A stretch of DNA of 64,000 bases from an uncultured cyanobacterium (lineage in GTDB: Bacteria > Cyanobacteriota > Cyanobacteriia > CAKZMO01), in assembly GCA_963719515.1 (NCBI GenBank), contig CAVRCJ010000003.1:96001-160000 (forward strand), read 5' to 3'. Made by a program: the position numbers and the translations under genes. Shown here piece after piece: positions 20,924 through 29,642 of this stretch. Numbering within the stretch: position 1 is the first letter of the stretch; each line of letters starts with the position of its first letter. The notes under the pieces are model-generated. The model was not told where the DNA came from. It saw only the letters and a program-made list of their open reading frames with translations, and searched no databases.

Positions 20924-22473
20924 TTCACTACTACATTTAGCGATACTTCCGGATAGTTGGGCTCACCTGCGTCTTTTGGCTGAAAGAACGCCATGACTTC
21001 AGGAATAATCCGGTTAAGGTTACCCGCCCCTAAGAAAAGAGCGACATCCCCAGGAGAAAGCGTGTCTTTTAAATAGGTTGAGACATCCGCCAGGCCCGGC
21101 TGATAAGTCACGCAGTCGTGGTTGCAGCGAACGGCACTGGCCAGTGTCTCACCGCTGACTAGGGGAGATGAAGCTTCCCCAGCAGCATAAATATCTGTAA
21201 TCACGACGCAGTCGGCGTCGGCAAAGCAGTGAGCAAACTCTTTGAGTAGTGCCAGGGTGCGGCTGTAGCGGTGGGGCTGAAAGACAGCAATGATACGGCG
21301 GTGTGACTGAGCCTGAAGCCGCGCGGACGTCAACGTTGCTTGAATCTCGCTGGGATGGTGAGCATAGTCATCGATGAACGCAATTTGATTGACCTGCCCC
21401 CTCAGCTCGTATCGTCGTCTTGCGCCTTCAAACTCAATGAGCGCTTCGGCGATTGTTTCGAACGGCAACCCAAGTAAACGGCCTAGAGCCACAGCAGCAA
21501 GGCTGTTACTCAAATTGTGAGCGCCCAAAACCTGTAGGCTAAGGCAGCCTAGTGGGGTTCCCCGCTCATAAATGACGGCTTGAGTACCCCTCTCGCTATA
21601 GGTAATCTCTGCTGCAACATAGTCTGCGTCGCTGTCGGCGTTGATACTGTAGGTGGCAGTGGGCTCCAGCGCCCGCACGACGGTTTCACAGTCAGCAGAA
21701 GCAATTACAATTTTGCACTGCTGGGAAAACTTTTGAAATATCTGGATAACATCGTCTATGGACTGATAGTGGTCAGGGTGATCTAGCTCAATATTGGTCA
21801 CGACGCCAATCTGGGATGAGAGCTTAACGAGAGAGCCATCTGACTCATCCGCCTCAGCAACAAGGTATTCTCCTGAGCCAGTGCGGGCATTGCCCTGCCA
21901 AGCGCCTACCTCTCCGCCAACGATGATGGTTGGGTCGAGTCCTGCTTTGAGCAGAACATATCCAATCATGCTGGTGGTCGTGGTTTTGCCGTGGGTTCCT
22001 GCAACGGCGATGCCTCGATAGCTCTGCATCAGCCCCGCCAAAACATCCGATCGATGAAAAATTGGGCAGCCCAAGTCTAAAGCAGCTTGATATTCCGCGT
22101 TTGTTTTGGAAATTGCGGTTGAGCAAATAACCTGTGGAATGCGCTGTTTGGAAGCTGAGTCTTGAGCCAACAACGTTGAGTCACCAGAACGGGACTTCAT
22201 CACCGCTGATTGGTAAGATTTGACCGGCACCTCTGTTCGTGCGGTCTTTGGCAAGAACAGGGTCAAGTTCTCTGCGTCTTGAGTGTCAAAAATATGAGCG
22301 CCATTCTGCTTTAGCCGCTGCGTAATGTGGGTCAGATTTTTGTCTGAACCAGAAACCAAAAGCTTTTGCTTGAGCAAGACATACGCAATAGCTGACATGC
22401 CGATGCCACCAATTCCGATAAAATGGAACGGTCTGCCGCTAAAATCAACTTGATCTTTAACCTGATTTAGCAT
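20920..22473 (-). CDS. murC: UDP-N-acetylmuramate-L-alanine ligase
   Basis: Motifs GIGGIGMS, GTHGKTTTT, EADESDG, DDYAHHP and QPHRYSR. Confidence 0.97.
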   Translation of the reverse strand: MLNQVKDQVDFSGRPFHFIGIGGIGMSAIAYVLLKQKLLVSGSDKNLTHITQRLKQNGAHIFDTQDAENLTLFLPKTARTEVPVKSYQSAVMKSRSGDSTLLAQDSASKQRIPQVICSTAISKTNAEYQAALDLGCPIFHRSDVLAGLMQSYRGIAVAGTHGKTTTTSMIGYVLLKAGLDPTIIVGGEVGAWQGNARTGSGEYLVAEADESDGSLVKLSSQIGVVTNIELDHPDHYQSIDDVIQIFQKFSQQCKIVIASADCETVVRALEPTATYSINADSDADYVAAEITYSERGTQAVIYERGTPLGCLSLQVLGAHNLSNSLAAVALGRLLGLPFETIAEALIEFEGARRRYELRGQVNQIAFIDDYAHHPSEIQATLTSARLQAQSHRRIIAVFQPHRYSRTLALLKEFAHCFADADCVVITDIYAAGEASSPLVSGETLASAVRCNHDCVTYQPGLADVSTYLKDTLSPGDVALFLGAGNLNRIIPEVMAFFQPKDAGEPNYPEVSLNVVVK

Positions 22474-23049
22474 CTAATTCCCTCACACCGCGCTGTACCA
22501 GAGATACCGGGTCATCATAACAAGGTTTGTTTCGTGAGCATACATAGAGGTAGACATATCTTGGTAGACCTCAGGAAAATGACAGACGACAGCGCTGTTG
22601 TCTGCGATGAGATTTTAATCGAGGTCACGTCGCCCTTTTTCTCACAACTCGATTTTCCTTGAGCGCAGATGCCTCTCAATCTAAGGAATCTTAGGCCGCC
22701 TGCAAAGTGCTTGCCGTTGCATTTGCATCTTTCTTCGGGTAATTGTAGTGACTATACACCGAAGATCCTGACTCGTCAGGGTCCGATCAGGACAGTGCGG
22801 CTGCTGGTTGGTCTCACCCTGCTCAGGTCTTAACGACTCTAGGCGTCGGCCTAGCAGAGGCAGACTATACCCTGAACAATATAATTTGCGGTCAAATGCT
22901 GCGATCGCCTTGTCGCCACTAGCGCAATCGACCCTGTGTCATCATCTCTCAGGATTTTGCTGCAAACGGAAGTCGCGGTCCCCGGAGATGATATGATCTG
23001 ACTCGACATTGGAGGTTTGGATTTTAGTTAAGCAAGAGGGCAAGACGCA

Positions 23050-24066
23050 GTGATTAGAGTAGCGATTAACGGTTTTGGACGTATTGGGCGCAATTTCTTG
23101 CGATGCTGGCTGACTCGAGAGAACAGCGGTCTCGACGTTGTGGCAATCAATGATACGTCCGATCCCGGCACAAACGCGCACCTGCTGACATACGACTCCA
23201 TGTTGGGCAAGCTAGATGCGGATATTACGGCTGATGACAATTCCATCACCGTTAACGGTAAGCCGATCAAATGCGTATCCGATCGCAATCCCCTCAATCT
23301 GCCGTGGAAAGCGTGGGACATCGACTTAGTTATCGAGTCAACCGGGGTCTTCAGGGACGAAGCAGGCGCGGGCAAGCACATCGAAGCCGGTGCTCAGAAA
23401 GTTTTGATTACGGCTCCGGGAAAGGGTAGTGGTGTTGGCACCTACGTCATGGGTGTGAACCACCAAGACTACTCCCATGATGGATACAGCGTCATCAGCA
23501 ACGCCAGCTGTACGACCAACTGCCTAGCACCTGTCGTCAAAGTCCTTCACGACAACTTCGGCATCATCAAAGGCACGATGACCACCACCCACAGCTACAC
23601 AGGAGACCAGCGTCTTCTAGATGCGAGCCACAGAGATGTGCGCCGTGCCCGCGCCGCCGCCCTCAATATTGTCCCGACCACGACCGGAGCTGCCCAGGCG
23701 GTTGCTCTAGTCATTCCAGACATGAAGGGACGGCTGAACGGCATTGCGCTGCGCGTCCCTACGCCCAATGTGTCTGTGGTCGATTTAGTGGCTCAAGTCG
23801 AGAAAAAGACGATTACCGAGCAGGTTAACGAGACGCTGAAGGCTGCTGCTGAAGGCCCTATGAAAGGTGTTTTAGGCTATAGCGACCTTCCCTTGGTTTC
23901 GTCCGACTATAGGAAGAGCGATGACTCTTCTATCGTTGACGCCAGCTTGACGCTGGTGATGGAAGGCGACCTTGTTAAGGTTATCGCTTGGTACGACAAC
24001 GAGTGGGGCTATAGTCAGCGCGTTGTTGACCTAGCTGAGCTGGTTGCTGAGAAGTGGGCTGCTTAG
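23050..24066 (+). CDS. gap2: Type I glyceraldehyde-3-phosphate dehydrogenase, Calvin-cycle NAD(P)-dependent type
   Basis: Motifs [40 protein letters not shown] and WYDNEWGY. Confidence 0.95.
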   Translation: MIRVAINGFGRIGRNFLRCWLTRENSGLDVVAINDTSDPGTNAHLLTYDSMLGKLDADITADDNSITVNGKPIKCVSDRNPLNLPWKAWDIDLVIESTGVFRDEAGAGKHIEAGAQKVLITAPGKGSGVGTYVMGVNHQDYSHDGYSVISNASCTTNCLAPVVKVLHDNFGIIKGTMTTTHSYTGDQRLLDASHRDVRRARAAALNIVPTTTGAAQAVALVIPDMKGRLNGIALRVPTPNVSVVDLVAQVEKKTITEQVNETLKAAAEGPMKGVLGYSDLPLVSSDYRKSDDSSIVDASLTLVMEGDLVKVIAWYDNEWGYSQRVVDLAELVAEKWAA

Positions 24067-24096
24067 GCGGTTCAACCTGGTTCAACCTAGCAGGCC

Positions 24097-24134
24097 AAGC
24101 AGCAGGGGCATAGTACACTATGCCCCTGCTGCTT
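24097..24134. terminator. Perfect 18-bp inverted repeat, probable bidirectional terminator
   Basis: aagcagcaggggcatagt-ac-actatgcccctgctgctt lies between convergent genes. Confidence 0.75.
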
Positions 24135-24191
24135 ATTTGTCGGTTTCATGCGCAGGTTCGTCAGGGACAGGAATAATCTGCCGTATGGCAA

Positions 24192-24914
24192 TTATCCTGC
24201 AGCTACTGCGCTTGCTTCAGCGCCTTCGGGGGCTTCAAACTTATAGCCTACGCCTCGCACTGTCTGTATCAGAGCTGGCTGCGAGGTGTCGGTTTCGATC
24301 TTCTTTCTGATCTGACCGATATGCACATCGACAACGCGCTGATCGCCGACGTATTCATAATCCCAGACCTTTTGAATAAGCTCTGCTCGCCGCCATACGC
24401 GCCCGGGGTGGCTGGCTAGGAAGTGAAGCAAATCAAACTCAAGGGCAGTTAGGGAAATTGGACTACTGTCCAGCGTCACCTCCCGCCTAACTGGGTCGAT
24501 CATCAAGCGGTTAAACGTGAGTCTTTGCTGCTCAGCTGCCGTGACGGGACGCTGGCGCTTCAAGATCGCTCCCACCCGCACCTCTAGCTCTCCCAAACTA
24601 AAAGGCTTGGTCAGATAGTCGTCCGCGCCCTGGGAGAATCCTCTGATTTTATCGGCCTCGTCGGTACGGCTCGTCAACATCAAGACAAACACGCCCGTGC
24701 GCTTTTGCATGTCCTCACAGAGGGCATAGCCCGTGGCGTCGGGTAAGTTAACGTCAAGAATGACTAAGTCCGGGTTGAACTGCTCAAAAACAGAGAGCGC
24801 TGACTTCCCGTCTTCAGCGGATTCAACGTGGTAGTCGTGTTTAGATAAGAATCGATAGATAAGCGTCCGGATTGCAGGATCGTCATCAACGACAAGGATC
24901 TTGGCTGATGCCAT
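24192..24914 (-). CDS. OmpR-family response regulator (RpaB-related, possibly SrrA-like)
   Basis: Receiver domain (VVDDD, LDVNLP, KPF) plus winged HTH (RVVDVHIGQIRKK, TVRGVGY). Confidence 0.93.
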   Translation of the reverse strand: MASAKILVVDDDPAIRTLIYRFLSKHDYHVESAEDGKSALSVFEQFNPDLVILDVNLPDATGYALCEDMQKRTGVFVLMLTSRTDEADKIRGFSQGADDYLTKPFSLGELEVRVGAILKRQRPVTAAEQQRLTFNRLMIDPVRREVTLDSSPISLTALEFDLLHFLASHPGRVWRRAELIQKVWDYEYVGDQRVVDVHIGQIRKKIETDTSQPALIQTVRGVGYKFEAPEGAEASAVAAG

Positions 24915-25413
24915 AGTCGTAACCTGTGTGCTAAAGAAATAGTGAACATCTATACAAAGCGAGATGCCTTCTTGGGAAGGCTGTAGTATGCTGACCTTGG
25001 AGATCAGCCATCAAGACCACTGGCCGGGCCAGTAGCTACACCCAATCAGCGGAAGCAGCCGAGTGTCGGCACCACCGCTAGTCAATGTTAACCGATAGTC
25101 AAAAAAGAATAAGCCGAGACTATGCATACCGCATTATAACTAGCAGGTTCAAATGTGCTCCACCCAATAAGATTAGAGAAAGTGCCGCTTCAATCGTGGA
25201 CGATTCGGGGTTAGATTTGCGAGAATCTATATAGGCGTACCGCTATAGTCTATTGCGGACGTCACTGTACCGAATCCGGGATCTTCGGTAAATCCAGAGC
25301 AATACTCTCAGCAGCCTGGACAGGTAACATGGGAGAGCTAGACTGATAATGTGGATTTTGGTTAGTCTAGGTTAATTCAGTCTAGTTGTTGCTAGCCCAA
25401 CAGGGATTAATAG

Positions 25414-26022
25414 ATGAGCACTCAGAGCTACTATGACAAATTGGGGGTCGATGAAAATTCCTCATTTGAGGAGATTCAGAATGCTCGTAGCCGACTCCTA
25501 GACGAACACGGCAGCGATCGCAAGCTGGCTGACGACATTGAGGCGGCCTACGACGCCATCCTGATGGATCGGCTACGGCTGCGTCAAGAAGGAAAGATCC
25601 GGGTTCCGGACCGCATTCGATTTCCTGAACGGCTTGCGGCTGAAGCGCCGTCCCAATCTGCTTCAGCGCCCGCTAAGCAGTCCTTGGGCTGGCTGCAGCG
25701 CTCCATTGATAACCCCAGCCAGAGCGAAGTGATTTGGCCCGCCCTGTCATTTGTTGGGGTAGGGGCACTGGGTCTTGCGAGTCCATCGGTGGCCCTGGCG
25801 CTCGGCGTTGGATTCTGTCTCTACTTCCTCAACCGCAAGGAGCGAAAATTTGGGCGATCGCTCTTGCTCACCCTTGCGGCGCTTATCTTTGGAGTTGTGC
25901 TCGGCCTGCAGATCGGTAACCTCACAGCCCTCCAGCTCAGCGCATTTCAGATGACGCCTGATGCATTTGCTGCGTTGGTGACAGCGTTTGTCTTTTGGTT
26001 GACGAGCAGCTTCCTTCGGTAG
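25414..26022 (+). CDS. CPP1-like (DUF3353) J-like membrane protein
   Basis: YDKLGVDENSSFEEIQ...EAAYDAILMDRLRLRQEGKI followed by TM helices. Confidence 0.88.
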   Translation: MSTQSYYDKLGVDENSSFEEIQNARSRLLDEHGSDRKLADDIEAAYDAILMDRLRLRQEGKIRVPDRIRFPERLAAEAPSQSASAPAKQSLGWLQRSIDNPSQSEVIWPALSFVGVGALGLASPSVALALGVGFCLYFLNRKERKFGRSLLLTLAALIFGVVLGLQIGNLTALQLSAFQMTPDAFAALVTAFVFWLTSSFLR

Positions 26023-26757
26023 AGACATCGTGGCAGAGATTTAATAGGGTATAGGGCCACGGGAGTAGAGGGCGCTGAAGCCGGAGGCGTAGGCGCTAAA
26101 GCGACAGAGGTTAGAAGGTCTAGCGCCGAAGAGTACGCCTAGTTCTGCTCGCTGCTGAGGAAACGATAAAGATTTTCAAAGAATAGGCCCGTCAAAACTG
26201 ACGCGGCCTAAAATTTTGTGCGCGTGCCGCCGACCGGCCTGAATGTGCGATCGCCATTGAAAAGAGTTCTAAAGCGGCAGGGCTAGTGTCAAACGTTCGC
26301 AATGGTTTCTTGAGAATGCGGTTGATGCTGTAGGTGAGAAGTGCAGTATCAACCGCGATATGCGCCTACCCTGCCGCGATGATGCGATGGGGCGGCCCGA
26401 TTACCCTACGGGCGCGTTTAAATGAGCGCTGCCTCATCAGATAGCTCAGCACCTGCCCCTCTGCAGGGGTAATCCTGACGCTTTTCTCGCCAATGGTGGC
26501 GAAGTCGCTCCACAGGCCCACGGCAAAAGTCTAAGGCAGGGTTCGTCTGTCGCCGACTAGGACGCGATCGTCGCTGATGACCAAATTTCTGGGGAGTAGA
26601 GCGCTACAGCGAACGGCTCTAGATGGAGGAAATAGCGTATCGAGGAGCAGTATGCAAGCCAAATGATTTCGCTGCGATCGCCCCACGCTTTACTTGCCTC
26701 GCTCCCAAGGATTGCGTACCATCAAGCTAGCAAGCTGAATACTCATTTGCATTTTCC

Positions 26758-27222
26758 ATGGCAAACTGGCTACGCCCCCTCCTAGAGCCGATCGCATCCT
26801 GGTTCAATAGCTTAGGCATTCCCACCCCCATCATCAGCTGGGGCCACCCTGCCATGATGGCCATTGTCGTCTTCGTGCTGGGGAGTTATGTCGGGCTAAC
26901 GGGCTGGCGGGTCCGCAAAGTTAACGATGCGGAGAGCGCCAAAAGTCACAAAGTTCTAGCTCCAATGATGTTTGCCTTTATGGCCATCGGCTCCACGGGC
27001 GGCCTGCTGGCCCTAGTGATGCGGGGCGAACCCATCATGAGCAGCCCCCACTTTTGGACTGGCACCGGGGTCTTGCTTTTGCTGAGCGCCAACGCGGCGA
27101 TCGCCCTCTTAGGATTCAAGGGGGGTACCCTCAGGCAGGCCCACGCCTATATCGGCAGCACCGCGCTGTGCCTTGCCTTTCTGCATGCGGTGTTCGGCCT
27201 GAAGCTGGGGCTATCGATCTAG
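26758..27222 (+). CDS. DUF4079 family membrane protein (cytochrome b561-like His pattern)
   Basis: Motifs WGHPAMM, SHKVL, SPHFWTG and AHAYIG; four TM helices. Confidence 0.85.
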   Translation: MANWLRPLLEPIASWFNSLGIPTPIISWGHPAMMAIVVFVLGSYVGLTGWRVRKVNDAESAKSHKVLAPMMFAFMAIGSTGGLLALVMRGEPIMSSPHFWTGTGVLLLLSANAAIALLGFKGGTLRQAHAYIGSTALCLAFLHAVFGLKLGLSI

Positions 27223-27327
27223 CCTCAAAAGCGGCGCTAAGCCTTAAATCATTCCATAAAATCGACCGGCATCGCCGTAAGCAGCGTTACACCTAAGGGA
27301 GTGATTTAGTCTCCTGAGGTCATTGCT

Positions 27328-27648
27328 ATGGCGACGAAACAGACGTTTAAGAGCTTTGAGGACATGCTAGCGGGGTCAGAGCTGCCGCTGCTCGTGGATT
27401 TCTACGCGACCTGGTGCGGCCCTTGCCAGATGATGGTGCCGATTCTCGACCAGGTTGGCTCCCGGCTCAAAGGCCAGCTGCAGGTGGTGAAGATTGACAC
27501 CGAAAAATACCCAGCGATCGCCAGTCAGCACCAAATTCACGCCCTGCCGACCTTGGTATTGTTCAAGAATGGCCAGCCTGCCCATCGAATTGAGGGTGCT
27601 CAGACGGCCGATCAGCTGGTGCAGACGCTAACGCCGCTGCTGGCTTAG
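27328..27648 (+). CDS. trxQ: Thioredoxin, y-type (TrxQ-like)
   Basis: DFYATWCGPCQMM and KIDTEKYP. Confidence 0.9.
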   Translation: MATKQTFKSFEDMLAGSELPLLVDFYATWCGPCQMMVPILDQVGSRLKGQLQVVKIDTEKYPAIASQHQIHALPTLVLFKNGQPAHRIEGAQTADQLVQTLTPLLA

Positions 27649-27649
27649 T

Positions 27650-27754
27650 TATAGCAAATGTCCTAAGGCTTAGGACATTTGCGCGCCGCATTGCCTATGC
27701 TATGTAAGGGTTTGAGTCCACGACATTGTCCTAAGCAATGTGGCCAAAGCTATA
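27650..27754 (+). repeat. ~105-bp MITE-like dispersed repeat, copy B
   Basis: Ends tatagc...gctata; internal hairpin gcaaatgtcctaag-g-cttaggacatttgc; homologous to 11931-12035. Confidence 0.75.
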
Positions 27755-27785
27755 TTTACAGCTGGAGACACAGCGAGCAGGCCCA

Positions 27786-28937
27786 ATGGGTTTAGAGTTG
27801 AGCGCCATCGCAGCAATTGACCAACAGGGCTATGCTCTGCTGCTGCCCGACGTTGCGGCGACCCTGCCCTACGCCGCTATCTTCACCAAGAGTCACGATT
27901 CTGAAGTCATCAAGCAGGTGCCGCACACCCTGGCCTATCGGCGCGGCCTGCGAACCATAGCCGCGCTGCTAGACTGCGAGGCAACTGCAGAGGCGATCGC
28001 CGAAAAGCGAGCCGCAATGGACTGGGAGACCTTGGCCGAGCATTGCCTCACCTCGGCGAATCTAGAGAGTTTATTGCTAGACGACAGCGTTTTACCAGAG
28101 GCCTCTCTACCCATAAGCGGGCACCAGCGCCTGATCCCCACGCGCCGAATTTTGCAGCTCGAATCTCTTGCGGAGGCTTTACTACCGCAGGTGAACCAGT
28201 TTGAGGTGTTTTTAGAATGGTTCCGCAGCGAGCTCGATCCCCTGCCTGCAGGGGTAGTGGCCTTCAAAAGTATTGCGGCCTACCGGGGCGGGCTAGACCT
28301 TTCGAGCGTTACCTACGAGCAGGCGGCCCTCAGCTTTGAGGGGATACAGGACGCCATTGACGCGGCGGTCCAAAAGAACCCCGCTGCGAGAGGCCGCGAT
28401 GGCGCCCGCTTAGACAAGCCCATGACCTGCTTTTTGCTGGCCCATGCCTTGGAAATTGCGGCCAAGTACAGGTTGCCGGTTCAGATGCACGTCGGGGCTG
28501 GGGACACCACCTTGGATTTGCGGCTTGCCAATCCCCTGCACCTGCGCGCCCTGCTAGACTCACCGGTTGGCCGTCAGGTGCCCTTTGTGCTGCAGGGAGC
28601 CTTTCCCTTTGTGCGGGAAGCGGGCTATCTGGCCGCCGCCTACCCTCAGGTTCACGTGGAATTTGGGCCAGCGGGGCTGCTGTTGAGCACCGCTGGCGGG
28701 CAGCAAGCGCTAGAGACGCTGCTAGAGCTTTGCCCCACCCGCAAACTCCTCTATGGGTCGGGGGGGCGATTTTTGCCAGACGCCTTCTACATCGCGGCGG
28801 TAGTAGGGCGGCAGCGACTGGCTCAGGTGTTGGAGAAGGCCGTCTCCGACGGGGATTTCACGGGTCAGCAAGCGGAAGCGGCGGCGATCGCTCTCCTGCA
28901 GGGCAACGCTCGACGGCTCTACCTAAGATCGTCGTAG
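27786..28937 (+). CDS. Amidohydrolase_2/FluG-N-like protein with degenerate metal ligands
   Basis: Motifs AFKSIAAYRGGL, LPVQMHVGAGD, ANPLHL, FPFVREAGYLA and GNARRLY. Confidence 0.85.
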   Translation: MGLELSAIAAIDQQGYALLLPDVAATLPYAAIFTKSHDSEVIKQVPHTLAYRRGLRTIAALLDCEATAEAIAEKRAAMDWETLAEHCLTSANLESLLLDDSVLPEASLPISGHQRLIPTRRILQLESLAEALLPQVNQFEVFLEWFRSELDPLPAGVVAFKSIAAYRGGLDLSSVTYEQAALSFEGIQDAIDAAVQKNPAARGRDGARLDKPMTCFLLAHALEIAAKYRLPVQMHVGAGDTTLDLRLANPLHLRALLDSPVGRQVPFVLQGAFPFVREAGYLAAAYPQVHVEFGPAGLLLSTAGGQQALETLLELCPTRKLLYGSGGRFLPDAFYIAAVVGRQRLAQVLEKAVSDGDFTGQQAEAAAIALLQGNARRLYLRSS

Positions 28938-28955
28938 TGCGCTGGCAAGCCCAAT

Positions 28956-29567
28956 TCAGACCGACGTCAATTGGGTATCGCCGCTGCGCTGTTTCGAGCT
29001 AGACCCGATTGTTCCTAGTCGCCCCAAAGGCCAAAACCGCCACACCGCTCGCCCAATAACCTGCTCTCTGGGCAGAAATCCCCAGACGTGGGAGTCGTTG
29101 CTGTTGTTGCGGTTGTCCCCCATGACAAAATACTCCCCCTCAGGCACCTTGATTGCCCTCAGCTCATAGGCCGGGGCCGCCGCAATATAGGACTCTTGGA
29201 CAGGCTCACCGTCGAGGAGCACCTGACCGTTGTGGACCTGCACCATCTGACCGGGCAGGCCCACCACCCGTTTAATAAAGACCTGGTTCTCGCCGTAGCC
29301 CAGCTCTTGCAGCAGTGCAGGAGGTTGAAAGATGATCACCTCACGAAACTGGGGATCGCGGAATCGGTAGGCTACTTTCTCAATAACGAGGCGATCGCCT
29401 ACCTGCAGCGTTGGGGCCATAGAATCTGAAGGAATGTAGCGCGGTTCTGCCACAAAGACGCGAATTAGCAGCGCCAGCATGAGGGCAACGACAACCGTGA
29501 CGGCGTTATCGAGCCATCCGCTGCGGGGTTGGGAGTCTGAGGAGGTCGAAGGGTTAGGGGTGGTCAT
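28956..29567 (-). CDS. lepB: Signal peptidase I
   Basis: IPSDSMAPTL (Ser), FIKRVVG (Lys) and MGDNRNNSNDSH. Confidence 0.96.
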   Translation of the reverse strand: MTTPNPSTSSDSQPRSGWLDNAVTVVVALMLALLIRVFVAEPRYIPSDSMAPTLQVGDRLVIEKVAYRFRDPQFREVIIFQPPALLQELGYGENQVFIKRVVGLPGQMVQVHNGQVLLDGEPVQESYIAAAPAYELRAIKVPEGEYFVMGDNRNNSNDSHVWGFLPREQVIGRAVWRFWPLGRLGTIGSSSKQRSGDTQLTSV

Positions 29568-29642
29568 TCAGCGTGAGATTAAGGGAGCATTCTCTAGCGT
29601 AGGGGATCAGGGGCGGGCATGGCCGATCCGCCGATCTGCAAA

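Noticed and set aside
27738..27785. Upstream ATG for the amidohydrolase
   Set aside because: It lies inside the dispersed repeat; ATG 27786 fits the family N-terminus better.
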